A stretch of DNA of 64,000 nucleotides from Candidatus Cloacimonadales bacterium. Lineage in GTDB: Bacteria; Cloacimonadota; Cloacimonadia; Cloacimonadales; JAFGVF01. The stretch lies in NCBI GenBank assembly GCA_963677495.2, contig CAXXOU010000001.1, forward strand, positions 352,001 to 416,000, given 5' to 3'. Positions 53,794-64,000 of the stretch are shown one piece after another. Within the stretch, counting starts at the first letter, position 1. Every line of letters starts with the position of its first letter. The position numbers were made by a program, and so were the translations under genes. The notes beneath the pieces were generated by a model. The model did no database searches. It saw only the letters and a program-made list of their open reading frames with translations, and was not told the DNA's origin.

Positions 53794-56700
53794 CTACTTC
53801 ATGAGTATCATTTTCTTAGTTTTTGTATATGTACCAGACTGCATCTTGTAGAAATAAACACCACTTGATACCTGGCTACCGTTATTATCTTCGCCATTCC
53901 ATACGATTGTATGTCTACCTGCTTTATAATCACCTTCAACTATACGATTAACTCTTTGTCCTTTAATGTTATAAACATCAATAGTAACAGCAGAGTTAGC
54001 CTTAAGGTCGAAGCTAATTGTTGTTTCAGGATTGAATGGGTTTGGATAGTTTCCTCTTAATGCAGTAGTCTCAGGAATAATGATTTGATCATCATCACCA
54101 AGAGTAGCACCGTCATTCATAACCATGATATCATCAATCATCATGAAGAATGTCTGACTTGAAACGCAATGGAAACCAACTCTAATTAGTTCATTAGCAT
54201 ATGCATCTAAGTTGTAATGATATGAATCCCAGTTAAGAGGTAACTCAAGTGGAGTGTCACCGGAAATGATAGTGAAATCACTTGGATCTGTTCCGCCCAT
54301 AGAGATACCGACTTCAAGTAGTTCAGGACCAAACTGAGTTGTATATGAACGTGCTTTGAAATCAAGATATGCTTCAACATCTGTTAACTGAATCCTAGGA
54401 GTTATCATCCAGTCATCATTAGAACCAGAATCAGCAGCAAAACATGCACCGTACTTATCTCCACTGAACGCATCAGCGAATTGAAGTGGTGGTGTAGTAC
54501 TGTTTGGATTGAAGATAACAAAAGACATTGGGTCGTTCTCACCAGGGAAGTCGATACCATTATTGAAACCATAAGTATCTTCGCCGTCTAAGTCTGCAAG
54601 AGTCCAATACATCATTTCAGTTGCAAAGTCCGCATAGCTTTCGAATGTTTCTGCAATGATAGGAGGGTCAACACCGATATAAGTTACCATAATAGAATCA
54701 CAAGGTGCTGATTCACCTGCAGGAGCAGAGTAAAGAGCAGTAATCTTGTATTCATAGGTCTGGTCAACTACAGGTTCAGTATCAAGATAGAATTGAGCCT
54801 GAACAGGTTCTGTGTTAATAACAACATCATCACGGTAAACATTATAGCCTTCAAGCTGTCTTGTAGCAGGAACTGGAGCGTCCCAAGCTAAATCAATACC
54901 TTGATATGTAATATTAGCAGTTAAGTTTGAAGCTGGGTCGAAACCGGATGGTTCTACAGGGTTATCTGTAGAGATCCAAAGTGAATAATCACCTGTATCC
55001 CAACGTGTAGTTGGAAGAGTATGATTCACTGTTTCTTCTTCGATAGGTTCTGATTTATTGAGCTTAGAGCTGAAAGTATTTTCTTGAGAAGCAAGAGTAT
55101 TTGAACTACTTCTCATACTTCTAGTTGCAGGAGCATTATCACTTCTTGCAATTCTAAGATAATAGAAACCTGATGCTGCTTCGTCAGGAACATCATATAC
55201 TAAATGAGGGCTTACACCATCAGTCCAGCTGTCATCATCAAATGCAATTGATGCGAACTCATCAAAAGTAAGATCTACATCATCATAAGGACCATAGAGG
55301 AATGCTGACAAGTCAGTTGAAGAACCTTCTTCAAGCTCAGTATGGATATCAAGTTGAGCAGGACCGGTTTGCCAGAATACATACCAGTCAACATCAGTTA
55401 CAGGTTCGATTATCTCAAGATAACCTTCGACATTTTCAATATAGAGAGCAAACTCATGTGCTTCATCTGAAGTATCATTTGAATCAGGAACATATCCATA
55501 ACCATGCATTGTAATCTCATAAGTATTACGGTCGTCCGGAATATAGTTATCAATGATAGTTAGCATTGCAGTTTTGTGTCCAACAGATGTAGGTGTAAAC
55601 ATTATATCCATTGTAGCTTCTGTGCCACCTGCAATACTAAGTGGATATGTATTGTTATCATTCATTGTGAATTGATCTGCATTGTCTCCACTAAGAACCG
55701 GTTGATCTGTAACAACGATTGTTGTGTCAGTGAAGTTACGCATTCTAAGTTCAAAGATATCAGAGTTGTTTCCTACAGTTACAACATCAAATTCGATATC
55801 AACAGGTAAGAATAATCCGTTGCCACCATCTGAGAGGTCACCAGGATTAAGAGCATAACAGAGAGCCATAGGATCGTTAAGAGGTCCACCTACTCCATTG
55901 TTGCGATATTGATGTCCAACTGTACCATCAGCATTCTCAATACCAATACAAGCATCACCAAGAATACTTGATGTACCTGTGTCTCCATTAGGGTTCACAT
56001 AGTTACGATATTGGATTTTAATTCTACCGGTTGGATAAAGAATGAGCTGAGTATCCATATATTCGGAAGCATCAGAATAATCATTCCACATCTCTACTGT
56101 ATACACGAAGTTACCCATATCATCCAAGCCATAATAGCAGTTGGAAGGGACATTAGCTGTATGAAGGTCTTGTGCGATGATTGCAATCACGTCATTTGGT
56201 GTTCCTGCATCAGGAATAGACATACTACCAGATGTTGATCCGGTAGGATTTGAGAACATAACTGAACCGTTTGTTCCAAGACTAATATCAGTATAGTCGT
56301 TACCGAAATAGTTAAAAGTAAATCCTATAGGAACAGTTGCATAACCATCATCTGCACTTGTATAAGTAGGGATAGAACCGGTAGCTGTTATATCTACCCA
56401 TTCAAAGATTGGTTGATGTCCTAAGCCATTTCCACTTGGAGTGCTATTAGCAAAGTAATAACCACCATAAAGAGTTCCATCACCACCGTAGTTCTGGTTA
56501 GAATTTGTAGTGAATGACCAAGTAGGGCAACTCACAGCATCACCAACAAAGTTATAAGGAATAACCTGCCAGTAGTATGTTGTTTCGAACTGAAGAGCAG
56601 TTGTAACATCATAAGAAGTAGCTGTGCCCATATCATCACCATTAATTGTATCTGTAGGTGGGTTATCTGTGCCAAGATAGAGTCTATAACCATCAGGGAA

Positions 56701-59493
56701 TTGACCACCATCAGCCCAAGTTAATGTTGGTGTTTCTATAACAGATTGTTCCCCATCAGCAGGAGCTACAAGAGTTGCCGGTAATGGTAGATCATTGAAT
56801 GTTGTAAATGACCATATTGGAGCATTAGGAGCATTACCAATTGCATTATAAGGAATAACCTGCCAATAATATGTAGTACCGGCTGTAAGACCTGAATAAT
56901 TAAGAGTTGTAGCCCCAGTTACATCTTCTTGATTAAAGATATCTGTTGGAGGGTTATCAGTACCAAGAGATACATAATAACCTGCTGCACCCATTACAAA
57001 ACTCCACTCAAGAGCAGCAGTCATTGCAACACCGGTTTCACCATCTGTTGGAGCTACAAATGTAGCAACACCAGGGGCAGTTCCATTATCCCAGAAAGAG
57101 ATATCATCTATAGCGATGTCACTGTAATAGTTATCACCTGTTACGCCACGGAATCTAACTTGAACAATATCACCAAAACCAGCTAATGGAATATCCATAG
57201 CTAGCCAGCTGTCACCTTGATTTCCGGTGATTGGTGTCATTACATCTTCATTCCACTGAGTACCATCCCAGATATCCACATGAAGTGTACCCATTGATTC
57301 ACCAAGCATGTGATACCAGAATGAACAGAATGGATTTGCAAGTGTTGTAATATCAACAGGAGGAGCAAGCAGGTCAAAACGTTGGTTTAAGTTACCTGAT
57401 GCTTCAGTGAAAACGAAGTTTCCAGCTCCTGATGTATGGTCACCGGCTTGTGGACCTGTATTTGTTGAAGGTGTAGAAGTACCTACACTCCAATCATTCT
57501 CATCTTCTGTTCCCTGTTCCCAACCGATAGGAAGGTCAGCACCTGAATCAAAGTTCTGTGTGTAAGGGAAGACAGAAACTGTATTATTGAAACCTTCACC
57601 TGTAAGGTTGATAGTGTAAGTTTGACGTGTAATATCATCTGTTACAGTGATAGTAGCAGGTAAAGGACCGTCATTTACAGGATTGAAAGTTACTGTGAAT
57701 GTTGCACTCTCAGCTGTGTTAAGTGTTAACGGATATGTATTGTTATCAGTTAATGTATAGTTAGCTGTATCATCAAGAACAACAGACTGAACATTCAATA
57801 CACCTGAACCTGTATTCTGCATTGAAATTGTTATAGGAGCAGAAGCAGTGTTAGTGTATAATGTACCGAAGTCATGATTTTCAGGGTTGATCATCATCTG
57901 AGCACCAGCTGGGATATCACCGAAGTATAATCTTGTGTTAGGAATAACACTTGGTGTATTTGAAGCTGTAGGTGGTGTTACAGGATCTGGATTAGTGCTA
58001 TCACTATAATAGTAGATAGAACGTGGATCTGTAACAGCAGTTCCGAAGAACTCTTCTGAACTACTACCATATGCAGGTTGATTTTCTTCAACTGCAATAA
58101 TGAGGTTATCAGTATTATTGTACACAAATGGCGTAGTTAAAACAAACTCAATCCAACCATCAGCTGGGATAGCAGGAAGTGATCCATTATATACTTCTGT
58201 TAACTGAGCAACAGGAGTCCAATCGTCATTACCTGCAAAACTACTGTTTGCTGTATGTCCCATATAAAGAACCCATTCAGTACTGTTATTAAGTGTTCCA
58301 CCATTATTATACTGATAATACACTTTCTCAATTCTTCTTCCTGGAGTGTTTATTTCACTCTGAAGATAGATAGTTTGTGAATAAGAGTAACCATAATATG
58401 GTTCGATTGGAAGGTGATGATTAATCTCAGTACCATTACCAATTGTAAGAACATCAGTTCCAAGAGTAGTTTGGAAAGACATTAAGTCTTCAGTGTCTCG
58501 TAAAGAAGTTGAGTTTTTAGAAACAACTTTCCAGTAATATGTAGTAGCAGTCTGTAAACCTGTTGGTGTATAAGAACCTGGTCCTGTAACAGCAGCATCA
58601 GTAACGATCTGATTTACAGGAGGGTCTACAGTATCAAAATAGAAATCATAAGTTTCAGCATTAGCTGCAAAGTCCCAAGTAATCACTTGATCAAGAGGAA
58701 CATTGAGAGCTGAGTTTGCAGGGTCTGCATTCTCAATATGTCCTGCAGACATATCAACTGTTGTGAAGCTCATACTATTCACAGTTTCAGTAGTTGTAAT
58801 CGAATTATGACATACAACGCGCCAATAATAAGTTGTAAACTCAACTAAGTCTGCTGCTGGAGTGTAACTACCGGTTGTACCCGAAGCAGCTCCGGTCACA
58901 ACCTGATTAACTGGAGGGAAGACTGTATCAAAGTACACATCATAAGTCTCAGTATCTGCACCAAAGTCCCATGTTAATGTTGGTAACAACGCAACATCAG
59001 TTGCACCATCAGCAGGATTAACATTAGAAATCAATTCAGGTGCATCTTCATCTGTAATAGGACCTGTTTGATCAGCAGAAATATTCAACGTAAATGTACG
59101 TGCATCTGTTGAAGAAGAATACTCATCAACAACAATGTAGTATGTCTGTCCTGCTGTCATGTCCATAATAATTTGTGAATCAGCTGTTCCCCCGGGACCA
59201 TCATCATCAAAAGCTAATTGAACTAAGTTTGCATCATAAACAAAAAGGTAACCATCCCAACCATTATATAAGGGATGTATATCGACATTTGTCAAGTTGA
59301 TAGTAGGAGTCATTTCCCACCACTCATCACGATACCTGTCGGCATTGTCATCAGTATTATCAATCAGGTCACCAGTGTCCGTAAAAGGTAACGCTGTTAC
59401 TACTGGGGCACCGACGTGGGTGTTAGTACCATCAGCAATTAAGCTGAGCACAAAGATAGTTGCTATAAGAACCAATAGCAATTTCTTACTCAT
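53794..59493 (-). CDS. 1899-aa secreted/surface multidomain adhesin-like protein (Fn3-like repeats, ASH/choice-of-anchor D, MAM, cleaved-adhesin domain, FlgD-Ig/T9SS-type CTD)
   Basis: signal peptide; four P.DG/N....V...LTW...Y.VY...TTYYW.V repeats; MAM motifs DHTSG..FWYHM..DIAIDDI; DDWMITP..IDDI; NYPNPFNPETTISF. Confidence 0.85.
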   Translation of the reverse strand: MSKKLLLVLIATIFVLSLIADGTNTHVGAPVVTALPFTDTGDLIDNTDDNADRYRDEWWEMTPTINLTNVDIHPLYNGWDGYLFVYDANLVQLAFDDDGPGGTADSQIIMDMTAGQTYYIVVDEYSSSTDARTFTLNISADQTGPITDEDAPELISNVNPADGATDVALLPTLTWDFGADTETYDVYFDTVFPPVNQVVTGAASGTTGSYTPAADLVEFTTYYWRVVCHNSITTTETVNSMSFTTVDMSAGHIENADPANSALNVPLDQVITWDFAANAETYDFYFDTVDPPVNQIVTDAAVTGPGSYTPTGLQTATTYYWKVVSKNSTSLRDTEDLMSFQTTLGTDVLTIGNGTEINHHLPIEPYYGYSYSQTIYLQSEINTPGRRIEKVYYQYNNGGTLNNSTEWVLYMGHTANSSFAGNDDWTPVAQLTEVYNGSLPAIPADGWIEFVLTTPFVYNNTDNLIIAVEENQPAYGSSSEEFFGTAVTDPRSIYYYSDSTNPDPVTPPTASNTPSVIPNTRLYFGDIPAGAQMMINPENHDFGTLYTNTASAPITISMQNTGSGVLNVQSVVLDDTANYTLTDNNTYPLTLNTAESATFTVTFNPVNDGPLPATITVTDDITRQTYTINLTGEGFNNTVSVFPYTQNFDSGADLPIGWEQGTEDENDWSVGTSTPSTNTGPQAGDHTSGAGNFVFTEASGNLNQRFDLLAPPVDITTLANPFCSFWYHMLGESMGTLHVDIWDGTQWNEDVMTPITGNQGDSWLAMDIPLAGFGDIVQVRFRGVTGDNYYSDIAIDDISFWDNGTAPGVATFVAPTDGETGVAMTAALEWSFVMGAAGYYVSLGTDNPPTDIFNQEDVTGATTLNYSGLTAGTTYYWQVIPYNAIGNAPNAPIWSFTTFNDLPLPATLVAPADGEQSVIETPTLTWADGGQFPDGYRLYLGTDNPPTDTINGDDMGTATSYDVTTALQFETTYYWQVIPYNFVGDAVSCPTWSFTTNSNQNYGGDGTLYGGYYFANSTPSGNGLGHQPIFEWVDITATGSIPTYTSADDGYATVPIGFTFNYFGNDYTDISLGTNGSVMFSNPTGSTSGSMSIPDAGTPNDVIAIIAQDLHTANVPSNCYYGLDDMGNFVYTVEMWNDYSDASEYMDTQLILYPTGRIKIQYRNYVNPNGDTGTSSILGDACIGIENADGTVGHQYRNNGVGGPLNDPMALCYALNPGDLSDGGNGLFLPVDIEFDVVTVGNNSDIFELRMRNFTDTTIVVTDQPVLSGDNADQFTMNDNNTYPLSIAGGTEATMDIMFTPTSVGHKTAMLTIIDNYIPDDRNTYEITMHGYGYVPDSNDTSDEAHEFALYIENVEGYLEIIEPVTDVDWYVFWQTGPAQLDIHTELEEGSSTDLSAFLYGPYDDVDLTFDEFASIAFDDDSWTDGVSPHLVYDVPDEAASGFYYLRIARSDNAPATRSMRSSSNTLASQENTFSSKLNKSEPIEEETVNHTLPTTRWDTGDYSLWISTDNPVEPSGFDPASNLTANITYQGIDLAWDAPVPATRQLEGYNVYRDDVVINTEPVQAQFYLDTEPVVDQTYEYKITALYSAPAGESAPCDSIMVTYIGVDPPIIAETFESYADFATEMMYWTLADLDGEDTYGFNNGIDFPGENDPMSFVIFNPNSTTPPLQFADAFSGDKYGACFAADSGSNDDWMITPRIQLTDVEAYLDFKARSYTTQFGPELLEVGISMGGTDPSDFTIISGDTPLELPLNWDSYHYNLDAYANELIRVGFHCVSSQTFFMMIDDIMVMNDGATLGDDDQIIIPETTALRGNYPNPFNPETTISFDLKANSAVTIDVYNIKGQRVNRIVEGDYKAGRHTIVWNGEDNNGSQVSSGVYFYKMQSGTYTKTKKMILMK

Positions 59494-60042
59494 TTTATCC
59501 TCCTTAAATAAGAAATCCTAATTTTCCATGATAATGCAAAAGATTGGTTGTTTAATCTCCCTTTGCATTGCTAACGTTTACCTATCTCTCTAACCTCCGT
59601 AATTTTCTCTATTCTAAAAAATACTGTCAAATCCTTTTTAGTATCACCATACTGTGTAAACTCCTACAATATTAGTAGTTATAGTTATCAACAGTTCAAA
59701 TTCTCATTCGATTGAGCAGTTTACACATAAAAGTGTATCGTTTCCGCCTGAGTTTGCACTCTCTCCAAACTCATACAAGGTACTCCTTTTTTTTAATTTA
59801 TTAGATTTTATACAGTTAACTCCGTTGAGAAAAGTATCACTTAGATCAATCTTTCAACTCAATTCAAGCTTTGTTATCTTAATGCTTAGGTTCCTTTGCA
59901 ATATAATATAATATGATATGATTGGAGTTCAGGTGGATAAAGAATTGCCAATGATTTATATGAGAAACTAGTGTCTTATTTATAACTACCTTTACATTCT
60001 AGCATCTTCCAGCAGTAATTTGTGATTTTAGATTGGTTCTAA

Positions 60043-60126
60043 CCTGGCATTACCTTGACTTATTCTTGGTAATTAGGCCAAGAATAGGCCAAGTGTTTGC
60101 CAAGTGTTTGCCAAGAGATTGCTAGG
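60043..60126. repeat. palindromic 11-bp-period array with CTTGGC/GCCAAG core
   Basis: cctggcattac cttgacttatt cttggtaatta ggccaagaata ggccaagtgtt tgccaagtgtt tgccaagagat tgctagg. Confidence 0.75.
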
Positions 60127-60155
60127 AATTAATGCAGTAAGGTAAGGGATAAAAG

Positions 60156-60183
60156 AAAGGGCAGAGTTTATTCTCCGCCCTTT
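60156..60183 (-). terminator. terminator downstream of the PPIase gene
   Basis: aaagggcagag-tttatt-ctccgcccttt. Confidence 0.6.
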
Positions 60184-60204
60184 AAATGTATAAATGCTTA
60201 ACTA

Positions 60205-60951
60205 TTAAAGATATTCAACATTATGCTGATCTTTCATAGCAGCAATCTTAGCAACATAAGCTTCGCGCTGTTTCTGGCTGAGAAGATCTTTCTGAGCTTG
60301 ATCTTTAACTTCTTCAAATACAGCTTCTCCACCTTCAGTTTTACTGTTTAAGCGGATAAGATGGAAACCGAACTGTGTTTTAACAGGTTCACTGATTTCA
60401 CCTTCGTTCATTTCGAAAGAAACTGCATCATATTCTGGAACCATTTGACCTTTAGGATAGCTTCCTAAACGTCCACCGTTATCTTTAGAAGGGCATGATG
60501 AGTGCTCTTTAGCAGCATCTTCAAATGTAACTTCTTCATTAACGATTTTAGCTCTGATCTCTTTACATTGCTCTTCATCAGCAACGAGAATGTGGCTTGT
60601 ATCAGCAGTTGGCTGTTGTGCAAAGTTTGACTTTGCCATTTCGAAGTAGTTAGCTACCTCTTCGTCAGTTACCTGAACTGAGTTTACAAGGTTAGAAACG
60701 TTGATCTGAGTGAGAACCATGTCACTCATTTTTGCCATCTCTGATTTGTAAGCTTCTGTTTCGTTGATTTTATTTTCAACAGCATCAGCACAGAAAAGGC
60801 TCTGATTCACGAGTTCGTCAAGAATCTGCTTCTGTCCTGCTTCGCCCTGAAATTGAGCAGCGTGCTGTGGTCCTAATCTTTCCATGAAGATGTTAACATC
60901 GTTCTGAGTGATCTCTTTACCGTTAACTTTAGCTAAAACTTTATTTTCCAT
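60205..60951 (-). CDS. parvulin-type peptidyl-prolyl isomerase
   Basis: SHILV, FEDAAKEHSSCPSKDNGG.LG, GQMVPEYD, PVKTQFGFHLI. Confidence 0.93.
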   Translation of the reverse strand: MENKVLAKVNGKEITQNDVNIFMERLGPQHAAQFQGEAGQKQILDELVNQSLFCADAVENKINETEAYKSEMAKMSDMVLTQINVSNLVNSVQVTDEEVANYFEMAKSNFAQQPTADTSHILVADEEQCKEIRAKIVNEEVTFEDAAKEHSSCPSKDNGGRLGSYPKGQMVPEYDAVSFEMNEGEISEPVKTQFGFHLIRLNSKTEGGEAVFEEVKDQAQKDLLSQKQREAYVAKIAAMKDQHNVEYL

Positions 60952-61038
60952 TTTAGTACTCCTTTATTGGTCTTTCGGCAAAGAAATAGGAGTAGGTTTA
61001 TCTGTCAAACCATATACTGAGAAGGAGTTGTATTTACC

Positions 61039-62154
61039 CTATTCTTTGGGTGCCCAAGCAGGGTTATCCTCAGCTTCTATGCCTTTTCGTGTTAGAATAG
61101 CTTTTCGTCCTCCTAAAACTTGGACAAACAAGAAGGAGGTAGATAATGTGACAATCAGCCAGACGAGCTGATCGACTATAGATAAGCTCCTGCTGAATCT
61201 ATATCTTATGAAAACTCTATAAACTACAAAGAACGAAACCATCATCCACGCTTGTACCCTGAAGTACCAAGCTCTAAAGAGCACGATTGTGCCTGTATCA
61301 AACTCCTTAAATGGAAATAGGAATACAAAGGTGAAAACTATCATACCAATAATTAAATCAGGACCAGTTGCATACCAGTTTGATAGTGTTGATCCCAAAA
61401 AAAGATTGATTAAGAATCCTGAGCATATTAAAATTAAGTAAACTAATTTACCTAATACTGCTTCTAAATAGTACCCCATAAGAATTAGGAAGTACAAGTA
61501 AAAAACATGGAATAAGTTTCGGAATACGAAGAAAGATGTTAGTACATTCTGAACATTTGAATAGTCATTTCTTATATAGGGAATTGTTTTAAAAAGGACT
61601 AACAACGAAACTAAAAGAGTGCCTAATGCATAGATATAAGTGATGTATGCAGGTGTAGAGATATTAGGTGGATTGACCATCTCCGGGAAGAAGAAGTGCC
61701 TTGAAGTTCCGGGTCTTTCAGTTTCTCTGAAATGTTCATATCTTTCAGTCTTAACTCTGTCCATACGACGATGAGCATTAACTGCTTTCCTCTCAGTTGA
61801 TTTGCTGATTGGAACATTGTTCCTTGCTTTAAGTGGGTCATTAGGTAACTCAGAAACACTATCCTCAGGCATGAAGAAGTAGTTGCACATCTTGCAGACT
61901 TCAACCTTCGGTTCACCTTTGAACTCAGGGATTTTGAGTCCTGTCATCGGTTTATTGCAATTGGGGCAAGCATGAGAATCTTTGCCTTCGGAGAGTACCT
62001 TGTTCCTTAAGTGGAGTAGATTTCTCTCCTTCTTACCATTATTCTTTAAGTATGTGATGCTTGTATATGCCAACATACATTTAGGACAATGATATAATAT
62101 ATGCACATTATCATGTTTGGGCTCAAGCTCTGTGGTACAGACTGGGCATTGCAT
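61039..62154 (-). CDS. double zinc-ribbon plus rhomboid-like membrane protein (probably catalytically inactive)
   Basis: CPVC, CPKC, CPNC and CKMC pairs, then about 6 TM segments with GYYLEAVLG; no GxSG or His motif. Confidence 0.6.
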   Translation of the reverse strand: MQCPVCTTELEPKHDNVHILYHCPKCMLAYTSITYLKNNGKKERNLLHLRNKVLSEGKDSHACPNCNKPMTGLKIPEFKGEPKVEVCKMCNYFFMPEDSVSELPNDPLKARNNVPISKSTERKAVNAHRRMDRVKTERYEHFRETERPGTSRHFFFPEMVNPPNISTPAYITYIYALGTLLVSLLVLFKTIPYIRNDYSNVQNVLTSFFVFRNLFHVFYLYFLILMGYYLEAVLGKLVYLILICSGFLINLFLGSTLSNWYATGPDLIIGMIVFTFVFLFPFKEFDTGTIVLFRAWYFRVQAWMMVSFFVVYRVFIRYRFSRSLSIVDQLVWLIVTLSTSFLFVQVLGGRKAILTRKGIEAEDNPAWAPKE

Positions 62155-62267
62155 AACTCCTCCATTGATCAGACATCATCTATTACTGCAATTTCATGAA
62201 GTCTAATTTCTTACTCATTTCAACTCAAAAAAAGAACTTACTAAAACCAAAGAAGAGAGGAAAAGAG

Positions 62268-62786
62268 CTACATTTTAAAAATGATTCCTACAATTCCACC
62301 TGCAATAATTAGCCAGATAGGATTAATCTTTGTTTTCAACATTGCAGCTAAAGCCAATAGAAACATAATTATTGATGGAATGTTTATTAATGATACTCTA
62401 GCTAATATCAATGCTGCGGAGGCAATCAAACCAACAGTGACAGGACGTAGGATTTGGAATATGCTTTTCACTACTCTCGCTTCTGCAAAACGCATCCAAA
62501 GCATCGCAACTATGGATATGAAAATAAATGGAGGTAGTATCATACCTGTTGATGCAGCTAGTGCACCTGTGATGCCTGCCATCTTATATCCAACAAAGGT
62601 ACAAGAGTTAATTGCAATAGGTCCCGGAGTCATCTGCGAAATGGCAACCATATCAATGAACTCAGGTTGAGTCATCCAACCTTTACCAACTACTTCTGAT
62701 TCAATCAATGGTAGCATAGCATAGCCACCACCGAAACTGAACATTCCAATTTTAACTGATGTAATAAAGAGTTGCCAGAGAATCAT
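62268..62786 (-). CDS. chrA: chromate transporter, short chain
   Basis: FSFGGGYAM, SQMTPGPIAIN. Confidence 0.92.
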   Translation of the reverse strand: MILWQLFITSVKIGMFSFGGGYAMLPLIESEVVGKGWMTQPEFIDMVAISQMTPGPIAINSCTFVGYKMAGITGALAASTGMILPPFIFISIVAMLWMRFAEARVVKSIFQILRPVTVGLIASAALILARVSLINIPSIIMFLLALAAMLKTKINPIWLIIAGGIVGIIFKM

Positions 62787-63316
62787 TTCTTACCCTTCAC
62801 AGCTTGGATGATTATGCCAACCAGGATTGCAGAGAGAATGACATAGATGGGTGAAACTCCCAGGAAGGCAACAATACTAAAAGCAACAGCTCCTAAAGCA
62901 TAACCATAAGCCTTCTGTTTCTTACCCATTCTAATAACAGCCGAAACAATTAGTGCTGTTACTACAGGTCTTATACCTGAGAACGCATGATTTAGTACCT
63001 CTGCACCATAAAACTTAGTGAAGAGAGCTCCAATGATAGTCATAATAATAATCGAAGGGAGAACTGCACCAAGAGTAGTTACTATTGCTCCCGGATACTT
63101 CTTAAGGCGATATCCTGTTAGAACTGCAATATTAACTGCTATTGGCCCGGGGGCAGATTGAGATAAGGCTGTGCTATTAAGAAAGTCCTCTTCTGAAAGC
63201 CAATTATGCTTATCCACTACTTCATGCTGGATAAGTGGGAGCATAGCATAGCCACCACCAATAGTGAACGCACCGATGCGAAAGAAGGTTTGAAATAAGT
63301 TAAGATAGATATTCAT
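62783..63316 (-). CDS. chrA: chromate transporter, short chain
   Basis: FTIGGGYAM, QSAPGPIAVN. Confidence 0.92.
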   Translation of the reverse strand: MNIYLNLFQTFFRIGAFTIGGGYAMLPLIQHEVVDKHNWLSEEDFLNSTALSQSAPGPIAVNIAVLTGYRLKKYPGAIVTTLGAVLPSIIIMTIIGALFTKFYGAEVLNHAFSGIRPVVTALIVSAVIRMGKKQKAYGYALGAVAFSIVAFLGVSPIYVILSAILVGIIIQAVKGKK

Positions 63317-63319
63317 CTG

Positions 63320-64000
63320 TTATCGGATTATTCCACCACCAATAAGAGTCTCACCACGATAGAAGACAGCTGACTGTCCAGGGGTAATTGCCTTTTTAGC
63401 TTTAGCCATAACAACTTCAAATACAGGTCCTTTTTTTGCCAGCGATTCAACCTTTACGGGAGCACTATTATAGCGTATCTGCACTGTAACATCTTTCAAA
63501 TCTCGTGGTCTCTTACCAAACCAGTTTACATCTGAGATATAGAACTTATCCTGAAGCAGGTCATCCGGATTATCTGTAACAATAACTCGATTCTTACGTG
63601 CATCCAGTTTAAGTACGTACAAGGGGTCAGACCAAGGAGTATTCAAGCCTTTTCTCTGCCCAATAGTATAAAGAGGAAGTCCAAAGTGTTTACCAATGAC
63701 CTTCCCATTTGGAAGCACTATATCTCCCGGTTCCATCATTATCTCCTGCTTAAGGAAATCCTGATATTTACCCGGTATAAAGCAAATCTCCTGACTGTCT
63801 TTTTTAGAAGCAACAGGTAGTCCTGCCAAAATAGCAAGTTTTCTTATCTCATCTTTAGTCATCGTCCCGACAGGAAACATAGTTCTTGCAAGCTGCTCTT
63901 GAGATAATCCCCAAAGCATATATGTCTGATCTTTACCTTTATCGATTCCTTCTTGAAGGTAGAATATACCATCCTCTTCAAGAATCCTGGCATAATGACC
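63320..64000 (-). CDS. mnmA: tRNA 2-thiouridine(34) synthase (5' end outside the window)
   Basis: GHYAR, KDQTY, KKDSQEICF, YTIGQRKGL, ITPGQSAVFY. Confidence 0.95.
   Translation of the reverse strand, partial: GHYARILEEDGIFYLQEGIDKGKDQTYMLWGLSQEQLARTMFPVGTMTKDEIRKLAILAGLPVASKKDSQEICFIPGKYQDFLKQEIMMEPGDIVLPNGKVIGKHFGLPLYTIGQRKGLNTPWSDPLYVLKLDARKNRVIVTDNPDDLLQDKFYISDVNWFGKRPRDLKDVTVQIRYNSAPVKVESLAKKGPVFEVVMAKAKKAITPGQSAVFYRGETLIGGGIIR

Overview
64 kb of AT-rich chromosome from a diderm bacterium (lpxB present). Three secreted proteins ending in an N(Y/F)PNPFNP FlgD-Ig/T9SS-type sorting domain, GlnRS and a Na+-type F-ATPase suggest Candidatus Cloacimonadota or another FCB-group anaerobe (inference only). 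Most of the window is housekeeping or metabolic: glnS, rpmB, a phoB/phoR-like pair, lpxB, queC, dapB, dapF, pdxK, a full atp operon, a PPIase, a chrA pair and partial mnmA. One accessory island (about 22.1-31.3 kb) is a type I restriction-modification operon carrying DinD, DUF3800 and M48/YgjP passenger genes. Most notable observations: (1) a candidate ~58-nt structured RNA with its own promoter, convergent on and abutting the DUF3800 RNase-H-like gene inside the RM operon; (2) intergenic arrays of 11-bp-period repeats, mostly inverted, whose cores are unrelated to each other; (3) an F-ATPase operon with a triple-hairpin c subunit plus a normal Na+-type c subunit; (4) a PhoBR-sigma factor-barrel-DOMON cluster; (5) a 1248-aa protein with an HEPN-like motif and Ig-like and TerB-like segments. 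No rRNA, tRNA, CRISPR array or transposase was recognised. All calls come from reading motifs by eye; no searches were run.
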